Numbered from the stretch's first letter, positions 1 to 13,489 are shown. The stretch is 64,000 nt of DNA from Octopus vulgaris (GCA_951406725.2 OX597827.1:24924001-24988000), one strand, 5' to 3'. Made by a program: numbers and translations. The notes: generated by a model not told the origin, from the letters alone.

Positions 1-206
1 AATGCCTCCTACGTATGATAAGAACTTTGCCTTTTATCTTCCAGGTCGACAAAAAAAAAGGCACCAGTAAAGGGTCGACGGTTTCTACCGATCCCTCTCT
101 CTTCAAATTGGTAGCTTTGTGCTTCAATTTGAACCCATTATTATCGGAATTGCATTTGGTGACATCGAAGAGCTGTTGTTACTGCGCTGGTTAAAAAACT
201 AAACTA

Positions 207-490
207 ACACTCCGTCGGTTACGACGACGAATGTTCGAGTTAATCCGATCAAGTGGTTGAGTATTCCATAGACACGTGCACGCCTGACGTAATTCTCAGG
301 GAGATTCAACATGACAGAGTGTGACAAGCCAAGTCCCTTTTGTATCACAGGTACGGCTCATATTTGCCAGCTGAGTGGACTGAAGCAACAGGAAATAAAG
401 TGTCTTGCTCAAGGACACAATGAGATGCCGGGGACCGAGCTCAGAACCTTACGATCTTGAGACGAATGCCCTAACTACTAAGCCGCGTGT
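207..490 (-). mobile_element. tRNA-derived SINE family S3
   Basis: The minus strand shows an A/B-box-like head and a CORE-like GTGTCCTTGAGCAAGACACTT. The tail is shared with 38506-38882. Confidence 0.8.
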
Positions 491-709
491 TCTCGCTTGT
501 TTCTTTCAAGAAAACCAATGCGACGTTAATTATGGATTCCAAACAAGTAAAAACGAACAAACAAACCATTACGATTCCCCATTCTTACATTTACCTCATC
601 AGTGAAAAGTTCAAAGTAAATTAAACAGAACAGAACAAATCTACTTACTGCGAATTTGTATAAAAGAGAACGTTTATTTAATCCCGTTTAGTATGGGAAT
701 ATCAAAATA

Positions 710-1090
710 GGTCGGCGAGCGGGCGAAATGCTGAGCGGTATTTCGTCTGCCGTTACGTTGTGAGTTCAAATTCCGCCGAGGTCGACTTTGCCTTTCATCC
801 TTCGGGGTCGATTAAATAAGTACCAGTTACGCACTGGGGTCGACTTAATCCGTTTGTCCGTCCTTGTTTGTCCTCTCTGTGTTTGGCCCCTTGTGGGTAG
901 TAAAGAAATAAGTATTTTGTCCGTCTTTATGTTCCGACTTGAAATTTTGTGGAGGTTGACTTCGCCTTTCATCTTTTCGTGGTCGATAAAATAAGTTCCA
1001 ATTGAGAACCGGGATGGGGGTCAATGTCATCGACTTAATCTCCACCCCCACCCCGAAATTGCTGGCCTTGTGCCAAAATTTGAAACTATT
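710..1090 (+). mobile_element. SINE family S1, full copy joined to the headless body of an older copy
   Basis: GGCGAGC...GAGTTCAAATTCCGCCGAGGTCGACTTTGCCTTTCATCC...TAAAGAAATA, then a second, diverged body. Confidence 0.85.
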
Positions 1091-1999
1091 ATTTTAAAAT
1101 CTAAATATTACTGAGTCACTGATACTTATTTTATAGCAATTAACGTGTACACACACACACACACGTACACACACACATGTATATGCACACGCACGCACAA
1201 AAGTACACACATGCACATGCACACGCACACACACAAATACACACATACACGCACACATGCACAGATGCACGCACACACGCACGCACATACGCGCGCACAC
1301 GCACATACGCACGTACACTGACGCACACACAGACGCACACGCATACACCACCCCCACACAGAGAATATGTATAATTATGTATGTATACATACACATAAGT
1401 TGGTCTCTTGGCAGATTCGTTAGAACGTTGGATAGAATTTCTTTGAGGTTTCAGTTTTCTGCGGCCTGAGTTCAATTCCCGTCCAGGTCAACTTAGGCTT
1501 TCATTCTTTCGGGGACGGTAAAGTAACTGTCCAATATTGAAGATTGATTATTTCCTTTCTCTCTTTCTTTCTTTCTTTCTCCCTGTCTCACTCACTCTCG
1601 CTCTAGAAGATATTTACTGTTGTCAGACTTAGAGAGGGATGGGCTCCACCAGATCTAAAATTATACACACCACATGCCTTATGTCACAATGGCACTCCTG
1701 TGAATCATCAAGACGTTAAGCGCAAGTGTATACATATATATATATACACACACAAACATATATATGTGTGCGTGTGTGTATGAATATTTATAGTTTATAC
1801 ATGAATACAGGTTTACATATTCGTGATGGTATGTGATGATTTGTTGCCACAAATGATCCGTCCATTTTTTCCTTGTTCTTCTAATTGTTGTTTCTCCTGT
1901 CCGCTTTTGTATCGTCTACCTGTCCGAATGTTTAATTGTCCTCTATTGCGTTTTGCGTTTTTGATACATACATACACACACATATATATATATATATAT

Positions 2000-2054
<55 letters not shown>

Positions 2055-2061
2055 TATATAA

Positions 2062-2096
<35 letters not shown>

Positions 2097-2129
2097 AATA
2101 CATATATATATATATGTATAAAAATATAT

Positions 2130-2460
2130 ATAAAAATACAAAATGGGACAAGAACGCAAAACATTCAAATAGACGATACAAAAAACGGACGGGTCATTCG
2201 AAGCCTCTAATCTTCAGTCAAGAACCGGATCATCTTCGCAATTTCGGCTAATTAATCTTGAGATTGCTCCGATCTGGCCAGCCCCAAGGAAAAACTAAGC
2301 TACGAGCATTAGATTTCTTGGAAAAAGGATCGAATGTATACGAAACTAGGACAGAAAAACGGACGATGTTACACGAATATAAATACAAAAAACAAAAAGT
2401 AATACGAATATAAATACAAAAAAACAATAATAATAATAATGACAGGACAAAAAGAACATT
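2130..2460 (-). repeat. Unclassified structured repeat next to (TA)n (copy 1; possibly Penelope-like)
   Basis: Homologous to 13490-13760. A diverged inverted copy of its end lies at about 1860-1965, across the microsatellite. Strand is tentative. Confidence 0.55.
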
Positions 2461-2645
2461 ATTACTCATAAGAGCTAATAATATTAGTGGCTGCAAGCAT
2501 AAAACCGTACAGGCAAAATTAATAGATATATATAAAAATGTATATAAAATCGGGGTGCTAAGAAGCACCAGCTTAGCTAAAAATAGCTGGTGCTTCTCAT
2601 TGCCCCGATTTTATATATATTTTATATATATATCTATTAATTTTG

Positions 2646-2693
2646 CCTACCTACCTACCTACCTACCTACCTACCTACCTACCTACCTACCTG

Positions 2694-2770
<77 letters not shown>

Positions 2771-2790
2771 TTATCTATCTGTGTGTGTGT
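2646..2790. repeat. (CCTA)n(TCTA)n(TG)n microsatellite
   Basis: Seen directly. Similar (TATC)n tracts occur at 5686-5800, 18437-18650 and 49220-49300. Confidence 0.95.
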
Positions 2791-3001
2791 GCGCGTGTCT
2801 GTCTCCCTGTCTATGCATCAACATTTTGTAAACAAACTTTAGAAGCGTCGAATGTGTTTTGCATTTTACAGACAAGAAAGTAACATTGCTTCCTTGCAGT
2901 TTAGCTGTGAAAATAGCACAAGACAAATGGTATTTTACCCTTATAAGACGGGAAAAGTTCTGAAGTTTGCTTACAAAATGTTGTTGCATTCCAAAATCTT
3001 T

Positions 3002-3258
3002 GAGGCTGTGTGGTAAGAACCTTGCTTACCAACAACATGGTTCAGGGTTCAGTCCCGCTGCGTGACACCTTGTGCAAGTGTCTTCTGCTATATCCTCGGA
3101 CCGATAAAAGCCTTATGAGTGGATTTGGTAGACGGAAACTGAAAGAAGCCCCCGCCGCTTCTTTATATATATATATATATATATATATATCTTTTACTCT
3201 TTACTTGTTTCAGTCATTTGACTGCGATAGCACCACTTTAATCGAGCAACTCGACACC

Positions 3259-3299
<41 letters not shown>

Positions 3300-3392
3300 G
3301 ACGGGCTTCTTTCAGTTTCCGTCTACCAAATCCACTCACAAGGCTTTGGCGGCCCGATATGTAGAAGACATATATATATATATACTCCTGCG

Positions 3393-3427
<35 letters not shown>

Positions 3428-3562
3428 CTCGTTATATATATATATATATATATATATATACGGCAGGCTTCTTTCAGTTTCCGTCTACCAAATCCACTCA
3501 CAAGGCTTTTATCGGCCGGAGGATATAGCAGAAGACACATATATATAATAAATCTCTGAACG

Positions 3563-3643
<81 letters not shown>

Positions 3644-3762
3644 TACGACGAGGTTCTTTCAGTATCCGTCTATCAAATCTACTCACAAGGTTTTGGCCGG
3701 CCCGAGGTTATAATAGAAGACACTTGCCCAAGGTGCCAAGCAGTGTGACTGAACTAGAAACC
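3002..3762. mobile_element. SINE family S2 pieces (one +, several -) separated by (TA)n
   Basis: Head GGCTGTGTGGTAAG...GGTTCAGTCCC and CORE-like CACCTTG.GCAAGTGTCTTCT. The block TTCTTTCAGTTTCCGTCTACCAAATCCACTCACAAGG recurs at about 3305, 3468 and 3653. Confidence 0.8.
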
Positions 3763-3801
<39 letters not shown>

Positions 3802-4615
3802 CGTGTGTGTGTGTGTGTGTGCGTGTACAATGGCTCTCCACTGGTGTCCGAGGAAAAGCATCACTAACAATTGCCCATGCAAAATGCAAGTAATACCCAT
3901 GCATGAGGTTAGTGCAGCCGCGGTCAGCTTCACCCACGGTTTCCATATTCGCTATGGCGCCCTACTACTCGACCGGGCATCAGACAGTTGTCTCGCTTGC
4001 GATTGCACAACCTGATAACGTTTGCACAGCTCCTCCCAAACCCTCTGCACTTTATTGACACAACAAAAGAAACAAAGCGGGGCAAGATATCCAGTACTAA
4101 TATGGGCCGCAGTCTCAGGAGTGTGGGAGGGCCATGATCTCAAATCTCAAAATGTTCAATGCCATTCGCAGCCCCACCCCCTATATATATATATACATAC
4201 ACTTGCATATTTATGTGGTGCAATTTAAACTTTAAATTGTACAAAAAAAATAACCAGGACTTAATAACAAGAAATTCATGTGAATTTCCATATATCTGAA
4301 ACTAGGTCATGAGGAGGACGCACAATTTGATTCTATAATTTAACATTATGTAACTAATAACCATTTTAATGAAACGACTGTAAGAATGAGTAATTAAATA
4401 TCTTATAAACAAATTACGTCTATGATATTTTTCTGTTACATATATGTGTGTGTGTGTGTGTGCATTCATATATATATATATATATATATATGCGTTTGTA
4501 TGTATATATGTGTGTGTGTGTATTTATGTATGTATACATGTAGCTGGATAGCTCTACCAGTACGAAAGCGTTTTAAATAGAGAGTGAGTGAGTGAGTGAG
4601 AGAGAGAAAGAGAGG

Positions 4616-4653
<38 letters not shown>

Positions 4654-4966
4654 CGTCTTTAACGATTTCAATTGAATGTCACTCGGATGTCCACCTCATT
4701 GAGAGGAGACGAGGGACGTGTTTCCACACAGAGTGGGCGTTGACAAATCAGTGAGTGGTTCTCCAGAATGACCTTTAATGCGATGGCTAGAATAAGAAAA
4801 TAAAAACAAAAAGCAAAACACAACGATGACGACGAACAGAGAATTATGAACTAGAGAACGGAAGAACATTTCCCTTCTAACCGTTCTCTTCACGGATGAG
4901 GGAAAAAATTGGTTTCAGATCGGCTGAAATTGTGAGTACAATAATATTCTATCGCGAGTGTCAATA

Positions 4967-5352
4967 GAGTGGAACCTCGCAGTACGAGTGCACCATTATA
5001 CGAGTAATCTGCTGTACGAGCTGAGACTCGTACGAATTTTTGTCTTGAAGTATGAGCAGAAATCCAGAGTACGAGCACACAAATCATCCCATCTTTAAGG
5101 TAATTCAGTTAATAAAACCCGTTGACATATTTCTTTTGCATTCTCTTTTTTATAATTGTCATTTTACTTGTAACTACACCTTTCCTGTTTTAAAACCCGT
5201 AGAAAAATTATTTTTGATTGGTTTTTGAGGGCTGGAACGGATTAATTATATTTTAGTTAATTTCAATGGGGAAAATTGATTTGTAAAACGGGTAAATCGT
5301 AAGACGAGCTCGGTCGTAGAACAAATTAAACTCGTACTGCGAGGTATCACTG
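4967..5352. mobile_element. Tigger/pogo-like MITE
   Basis: 23-bp TIRs GAGTGGAACCTCGCAGTACGAGT and (reverse complement) CAGTGATACCTCGCAGTACGAGT. TA at 4965-4966 and 5353-5354. Confidence 0.85.
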
Positions 5353-5685
5353 TATTTAGTTGATATCTGGGAAATATGGTGTGTCGATCTGACCCTTAGA
5401 TACTGTCTTAACGTCCCTGAATTACCTGATCTTTAGAATAAAAAAAAATACCAAAACTTACAGGTGTACACCGTAAAGCTATCTCTAGACTTCACCTTCA
5501 AATTACTTTGTATTTCTTTTTCGTTTTCCGTTTTCTCAATCTGTAAGAAACCTTTTTACACATTTCCAAGAACCTGGTTTTGTATTTCATTGGTGTTCTG
5601 TTAATCTTCCAATTGATTCAAATATTTTTCTTTCGATACTTGATTAAATCAACATTTATTATTCTGCACCCCACTCTATTCCACC

Positions 5686-5801
<116 letters not shown>

Positions 5802-6015
5802 GGACGGACGCTAGTCAAATGGGCTCCACGTAAGTTGACCACTTTTACATGTTTAAAACTCCTTGTTGTCAAATATTTTGTCTTAATCGTTGTGCAAGTT
5901 CATTCACTAAAAAATCTGAGAATTATTCACGTAGAATTCCGCCCCTGTATGGGCGAAATTACCAAAAATTTTCAAAACTTTCGTGGGTTCCTTTTAGCCA
6001 TTTTTCATTTTGAAA

Positions 6016-7969
6016 ATGGCAACTAGAAACCACGTGGCTAGCCCGTCAGTCATGCGGAACGGTAGCGAAACACTATTACTACCACTAGCTGCTAAACCTC
6101 GCAGCTTGAACACCGCTGTCACCACCACCACCACCACCACCACCAACAACAACAGCAACAAAACTAACGTTGCAAGACCATTCACCATCGCCGCGACCAA
6201 AGACATTAACTTAGATTTTCCCCCACTCCCTACACCACTTGTCGATGAAAAAAGGACGGAGAAAGGGATTTCAAAAACGAATACAGACGCAAACATGAAT
6301 GCCAGCACCACCACCATTACTACCAACAACAACAACAACAACAACAACGAGATCAGCACAAAGCCGCCTACCGAAGACAACACCGCCAACACCAACACCA
6401 CTACCACGACTTCAACTGCTACAACTAACTCCTCTGCTGCTAACACCGCCAAAAGTAAAACGAATTTCGCTGATGCGGCAAAACAAAAACGAACAATCGT
6501 AAAATTCACCACACAGGAAATAAACCTCACAAAAGCACTCTTCACCAAAGAAGGAGATAAATTGCATCTTCACATTCCACAACACACCGTGGAAAACACA
6601 CACACACAAAAAAACAATAATCTACAGTCATCAACAAGAAAACAAGACGACCAGAAAATGCACCGCAGGAAAAAATTGAAAAATGCCTTCGTCCTGCATG
6701 GGACTCAAAGGAGTATATCAGTTGGGGAAATAAATTTGGCACAGTCCAAGTACGTTTCCTCAACGAAAATCTAGCAAAACGATTTTCCACATTGGTGCTG
6801 CATTCAGACGACTTGGTAATGATACCAATCTATTTAGGCCAGAGGTAACGAAAGTCTAAATAAAAAATTTACCACCTGAAGTCGAAATACAATGGTTAGT
6901 CTCTGCCATCTGCTTTGAAATGGCAGAGACAAACATTCTTGAAATCGCTGTTCTAGGACAGAAAAACTGGGTGCGAAAAATCAATCCAATTCCTCCATCA
7001 ATTGGATGAAACAACAAGAGAAAAGATACCCACCACTATAGAACTGCCAGAAGGCTACAAACTCTATATAGTGGTAGAGGGCAGGCGACCACGTTGCTAT
7101 TTGTGTGGAAGCGAAACACACTTGAAAAAGAAGTGCCCAACCACTGCACATCAAGAGCAACAGCAACCACTACCACAACCAAAACACTCCGAGAAAAAAA
7201 GCTCTACTACCCACACCACCATCAACACAGAATACGACAAAAGAAGCACACCAAGCTAATCCATCAACAACCCCAAATTACTCAACACCCGAGAAAATAC
7301 CAACACCACCAATAACAGCAAGAACAAGAGGAACAGAAAAACAAAGAAAATATACAAAAACTGATTCCCCATCCCTTATACCGCACTCACCACACACAAA
7401 CACTCAACAACCAACAGCAACGAAAACAACAACACAACCACTTACACAGACATACATAGAAGCCTACAACATACCCCTACCCCCTTCTGATTCCTCAGAA
7501 ATTTCGTCGGAAGACGAAACCAGTGAGGAATGGCAAATAGCTAGAAAAAGGAAGGAAAATAAAGAGCAGAAACACAACCAAACCAAATGCAAACACGAAC
7601 AAAGCAGGGGGAAATACATCTCCCAAAGACATTTCAAAACCCAACACAAACAACAGCCACACCAACACCACAAAAATATATACAGCAAACATGCTCACAG
7701 CTATAGACACCAAAAACACAAATTTGATGGAATACATCAAATCAAAAACAAACATAACAGAAGATGACATAAAAACAAACAATCACCCATACACAACACC
7801 ACCGGGCCACATCAAAATATTACGTATCTCCAGAAGTCTGCACCACACACTAAAAGGCATTTTCCCCAGTGCGGTTGGTAAATGCCAAAAATACCTCACA
7901 AAGAAACTTTACTGGGATCTCCTCGAGGACAAACCAAAGGAGGAGAAAGCAAAAACTTTCGAGCAGTAA
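6016..7969 (+). pseudogene. Tx1-like ORF1 (gag-like), disrupted by frameshifts and stops
   Basis: ORF pieces at 6016-6774, 7002-7259 and 7691-7969. Zinc knuckle CYLCGSETHLKKKC (CX2CX4HX4C). The last stop lies 45 bp before the ORF2 ATG. Confidence 0.8.
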
Positions 7970-8013
7970 GTAACCCTCTGTTCCTTTCACTTGTATTCTA
8001 ATTCATTAGGATT

Positions 8014-10325
8014 ATGATCAAGATTGGTTGTGTAAATGCGCGTGACTTGGGGTCCCCTTGGAAACAAGGGTACCTCTTAAATGACATAAAGTCACACAAG
8101 TTAGAAATCATAGCCATAAGTGAGACCAGACTCCACAATCCGCGGGCCCTAAAGACCATGTTTGGCGGACAGTTCAACATTTATTTTCCCCTCTGTCTGC
8201 CAAGAATGGGCGGTAGTGACACCGCGGTACTTTTTCGCAAGAGTCTGGATCTCAAAGTAAAGACAATATTCGTAGACCCGGAGGTTAGACTGGTCGTCCT
8301 GGATGTCGACGGCAGCAATGGGTGCGCTTTTCGACTCGTATCAGTCTACGCACCGCTAACGGGTCGAGCGTATTTCTTTCAACGTCTAGAAGTATTCTTG
8401 GGAACGTCTCGTCCTTTACTCTTAGTGGGGGATTGGAATGCTACCTTGGACACGCATGTAGACTACGTGGGCAGAGATAGGAATAGACAGGGATGCACAT
8501 GCCTCAGAGACCTGCTCAGACACTTTCAACTGTCTGACAGGTTCCGACTAGACCACCCGAATGCGCCAACGTGGACATGGAGCAACCGCATCGGGTCATC
8601 GAGAGCGTATCTAGATAGGATACTGTGTAGGACAGTAGATAGAGATAGCATAGGATGTCCACAATTCCACATAGTCAGCTACATGGATCACAAACTTGTG
8701 ACATGTACGCTAGACTTAGGTAAGATACATAGGCAGGGTCCCAGATACTGGAAACTAAACGCGTCTTTCCCATCGAGACAGGTTTTCAGAAACAGGATTA
8801 GCACACTAGTAAAGAGGGCTTTGACGGGAGCCATCATCAACAACAAATGGTGGTTTGCCCTCAAGAGAGCAGTAAAAGCAGAAACGATTAGGTACAGCAA
8901 AGCACTAGCCATAGATAGAAATAGAGTAGAGGGTGCGCTAGTTAAGAAGCTAGAAGAGGCAATTAGAAGCGGCATTGCATCCGACGTTTTGGCGGCGAGG
9001 TTGGCCCTCGACCAACACTTCTACGCCAAACACGAAGGGTGTGTTGTCAGAGCTAGGATGCGTGCTCTAAGGAACGAAGGTGTTGGAGCTGCGAGAGAGG
9101 CCCGGGTGGCAGAAGCGCAACAAGGCAACGAATCCACCATTCGGTCTCTGGTAGATGAACAGGGGCGCGAATTGCTCGAGCCAAGTAAAATGTGTGAGGC
9201 CCTTCAACAGTATTTTGCCCGACTGTTCGGGACGAGTGGCGGGCAAGAACGTAGGGTGGACTTCAGTGCCTACCTACACAGCCTACCACGACTCTCGACA
9301 AGAGAGGCAGGGCGCTGCGAAGGTACCATCACGGCGGCGGAAGTGCAGGACGCGATGGCAGAATGCTCGAGGGACAAATCGCCGGGTCTGGATGGTCTAC
9401 CCTACGAGCTTTACAGTTGTATGCCAGACTTGTTTGGAGACGTCTTGGCAGCGATGTACTGCAACTGGCAGCAAAACGGGAGCATTCCTGGTTTTCTGAG
9501 CTGAGGAGCCGTAACACTGCTGAAGAAAGATCTAAACAAAGAGAATGTAATAGATAACTTTAGGCTCATCACTCTGCTTAATGCAGACTTGAAAATTTTG
9601 GCCAAGCTGTTAGCCAAGAGGTTGGCGCTTGTCATCGAGAAATTGGTCGACAAGGCGCAAACGTGCGCCGTGCCGGGCCGAAGCATCCATGACAACCTCC
9701 ACCTGATGCGCTACATCATAGACAGGGTAGTTAACGAACCTGGCATGGGTGGGGCGCTAATCAATTTGGATCAATCGAAAGCTTTCGATAGGGTAGACCA
9801 TCGATACTTGGAGGCAGTCCTGAGAGCGACTGGTTTCGGTCCCGTCTTCCGCGGCTGAATAGCTGCTTTGTACAGAGGCATCCGTTTGGCAATTCGCGTA
9901 AATGGACATCTATCGAGACCTTTCGATATCGCACGTTCGGTCCGTCAGGGATGCCCCCTCTCGTCGCTTCTATACGTATTGACTCTCGAGCCATTATTGC
10001 GGAAGCTGGCAACTCTGAGGGGCATCCCGCGAGAACTGGGGTGCGGGACGAGCGTGTCTGCATACACGGACGACATCACCGTCATAGTGTCTAGCCACGA
10101 GCACATAGAGCAGGTCGGCGAGACACTGAAAAACTACGAAGCGGTGACAGGAGCGAAAATCAACCGGGAAAAATCAGTGGGCTTGCGACTCGGCACCTGG
10201 AGAAGCAAGCCCATGCCATCCACCAGCGCCTCCGTCGTGGGACGCTGGACCGACGGTCCGCTCGATTTGCTCGGGGTCTGGTTTGGTCCGGACCTCCAAA
10301 TGGAGAAGAACTGGAACGCAGTAAC
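8014..10325 (+). pseudogene. Tx1-like ORF2: APE endonuclease + reverse transcriptase, two in-frame stops
   Basis: APE motifs: ISET, VYAP, GDWN, YLDRI, DH. RT motifs: KSPGLDG, FRLITLLNAD, DQSKAFDRV, VRQGCPLS, YTDD. ORFs 8014, 9589 and 9868 share one frame, interrupted by TGA at 9502 and 9856. Confidence 0.93.
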
Positions 10326-10336
10326 TTACCAAGTCC

Positions 10337-10430
10337 ATAAGTTACATTTGATCGTCTGGTGGGATTGCATAAGTTACATTTGATCGTCTGGTGGGATTGT
10401 ATAAGTTACATTTGATCGTCTGGTGGGATC
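10337..10430. repeat. 32-bp tandem repeat, three copies
   Basis: ATAAGTTACATTTGATCGTCTGGTGGGATTGY at 10337, 10369 and 10401. Confidence 0.95.
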
Positions 10431-11439
10431 TTGATTAGAATTGGTGGATTTTCCGTCTTTTTTGTTTGTCGTCTATGTTTCCATGAAGTTTGTCAAAGAA
10501 CAGTTCTGCAATAGTCGCGAGAGCTTTACGATTGAATTCTTAGGCTAGTTTTCGTTGGTCTTCATAATTTATTCCAAATAATCATTGTAACATCGTAGAA
10601 GGATTTTGCAGAAACTTTTGCAAAATGGATCAGGTGAGCCGCACCGTAGCTGATGGGGAAGCAAGGTGAGCGACTGCTCCTCCCGAGTACATTTTTAAAA
10701 TCGGCTCCTTTTCAACAATTATTTTAACATTTTAGTTCAGTTATGCAATAAAAATCGAATCTCTCTTTTTTCTTTTGTTAATCATATGGCCTTAAGAGAA
10801 CTTTCTGGAGTTAGAGTTTTATTTCACCAACCTTCCGTATTTTTGAACTGTGCTCAATTTCCGATGATGTTTTGGTGGGCGCTGGCATCTGAAGAACGAA
10901 AACAAGCCCTGACGTCATAACCTCTCAATACTGGATGATCCCGTGGAGTTTCATTATTTTCACGCCACACCTATATCAGCAACTGTAAGTTTAATGACAT
11001 TACTGAAACACGAAATTAATGAATGTCAAAGACAATTAAGTAGATTATAACTAATGAAATATTTCGCGTAATATAGGAGAATTGAGTTAAAAATTGTTTG
11101 GTATATGCCACAGCTCCCTTTTTTATGTGCTTGCTTCCCCTAACTTTAGAACCTAGCATCAACTCTGTTACAGTGGACCCCTTGTGTTATTACATCATAC
11201 AAGACCTGTTTACCTGAGCCTTGTTTGATGATAGTGACTTCGAAGCTGTCAACATCAGATTTCTCCTTGACTGCAATGCTGGTGACGCTGTTTTCTTATT
11301 TTATATTCGTCATTGACAGAATATTCTGTTGGAGAAATCTTACACATCTCATAGATTTCTCGATGGTATAGGGTCCATGTTGAGTATCCGTCGAGTAAGG
11401 TTAATACACCATGTAAAAGAAACTCTTATATATATCCAA

Positions 11440-12085
11440 TTTATTTACTCATCATGCTAGGAAAAAGCCTTGCCATACCCAAAGCTGAAAATTGGTCAAA
11501 GTGGTCCGGGAAAACCCTCAGGTTGTTTGTAAAACCGCAAGTGTTGATGCAGTTGGAAGTTGGCGAATGTCAGCAATGTTTGGGGAAGTCTTTCAAATTC
11601 GTCACGTGAAAGATTAGAATAAAAGTTTCTGCCATGACGAGACGAAAGGAATGTTAATTCGTTGAAAGCGTAGGAAAATTTTTGTGACAAAAATGGAAAA
11701 GAGAAAATGTAGGTGGCTAGATGATGGCTTTGAGCTAATTCCCCCAACGAAAAAGACAATGCTCGTTTTCCGGCACTTAGGCGAACAAGGAAATGATTCA
11801 GGAGTATCCGCAGTTATCAGAGCCTGCGTTGAGTCAAACGGTGCCCCTAACCTACACAACATTTGCATATCTGGTAAAACCGCAAGTGTAGACGCCCAAG
11901 CAGCTAAAGAGTCCTTTCAGATATTTAAAAATATCATCGCAAGTAGCTACTTGACCTACGGCTTGACTTCAAAACGTGGACGAAACAAGTCTTTTCCGTT
12001 AAAGACTCTCATTCCACACGTTTTTCTCCCGAGAAGAAAAGATGCTTCTGGATTCAAGGCCGGAAAAGACATTTTAACATCAATA
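11440..12085 (+). mobile_element. pogo/Tigger-like transposase relic
   Basis: KMEK...WLDD, NLHNICISGKTASVDAQAA and ASGFKAGKD.LT are typical of CENP-B/pogo transposases. Heavily deleted. Confidence 0.65.
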
Positions 12086-12597
12086 TCTGTCGACTGTAGT
12101 CATCCTAAATATAGCTTCTTCTATTTTTCGCTGACGTAATTCAAATGAATTAAGTATGAACAGAGCAGTGTACTCGTCATGGAAGTTAATTGTTTCAAAA
12201 CGTTCACCAATAAGTAAACTTATATCATAATTCTGATTATAACATAATTTCAGCTGATCACGTATAAGCATCATATTATGTAATATTAATTGAAGTTATT
12301 AAGTGCTTAAAGGGAGCGACTGTAAGTCTCTGGAATTTTCAGTAGTTTCGTTTGCGTTTGTATTACAAATAACCGAGCGCACTCGTGTTTATGTTCATAT
12401 CTATGCTGTCACAGCCTTCCGCTCCCCGCAAATAGCACGATTTCAGTTAGCACTGCATTTAGCTTTGGCGTGTATCAAAGCGTTAATCGAGATATTTTGA
12501 ACAATTTTAATCTCTCATGCTTACAGATTTTATTACTATCTGAGGAGTCGTTAGACTTTTTACAGAGAAACAGATCATTAAATTATCATTTAATATA

Positions 12598-12823
12598 AGG
12601 CGGTGAGCTGGCAGAAACGTTAGCACGCCGGGCGAAATGCTTAGTGGTATTTCGTCTGCCGTTACGTTCTGAGTTCAAATTCCACCGAGGTCGACTTTGC
12701 CTTTCATCCTTTCGGGGTCGATTAAATAAGTACCAGTTACGCACTGGGGTCGATATAATCGACTTAATCCGTTTGTCTGTCCTTGCTTTTCTCCTCTATG
12801 TTTAGCCCCCTGCCGGCAATAAA
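12598..12823 (+). mobile_element. SINE S1
   Basis: Full-length match to the other S1 copies. Confidence 0.88.
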
Positions 12824-13416
12824 CAGTTTCTCCCAGTTTTAATTGGATTCCGATACACTGCATTTTTTTCTGTAATTCCCAGTAAATCGTTTACCCACGT
12901 TTGTTACAAACTTCTACCGAGGGACTCATGTAACATAGTTCACCTCTTCTTCCACTGTTACCTTCCACAAATACGGTATTTAAATTATTTACGTTTGACT
13001 GATATTTGTCCCCATCTTGTTTGTTGTTAACACAACGTTTCGGCTGGAGGGTATATATCAGCCGAAACGTTGTGTTAACAACAAACAAGATGGGGACAAA
13101 TATCTGTTAAATGTAAATAATGAAAATAATGTAAATAATGTACATAATTCCTCATCTCTTAAATATAGAACTCTACTTCCACAAATAGTTAAAGTATAAA
13201 TATATATCTATGTATATACATATATACATATATAAATATATATATATGTATACACACACACATATATATATATATATGTATGTATATATGTATATACATA
13301 GATATATATGTATATATGAATTCACCTACATTTTGTTTTGCTTTTGTTTTATTTATATACATTTTATATATATGTATGTGTATGTATGTGTATATGTATG
13401 TAGATACATATGTACG

Positions 13417-13476
<60 letters not shown>

Positions 13477-13489
13477 AATAAATGTTTTT

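Noticed and set aside
1094-3946. Many ORFs rich in YI, CV, HT and YLSI repeats, here and throughout the window
   Set aside because: They are translations of dinucleotide and tetranucleotide microsatellites, not genes.
3830-4180. Possible solo LTR on the minus strand (AATAAA, moderate GC)
   Set aside because: No clear TG...CA ends, TSD or second copy.
10337-10430. 32-bp repeats of CRISPR-like length
   Set aside because: The repeats are directly adjacent with no spacers, the context is eukaryotic and there are no cas genes.
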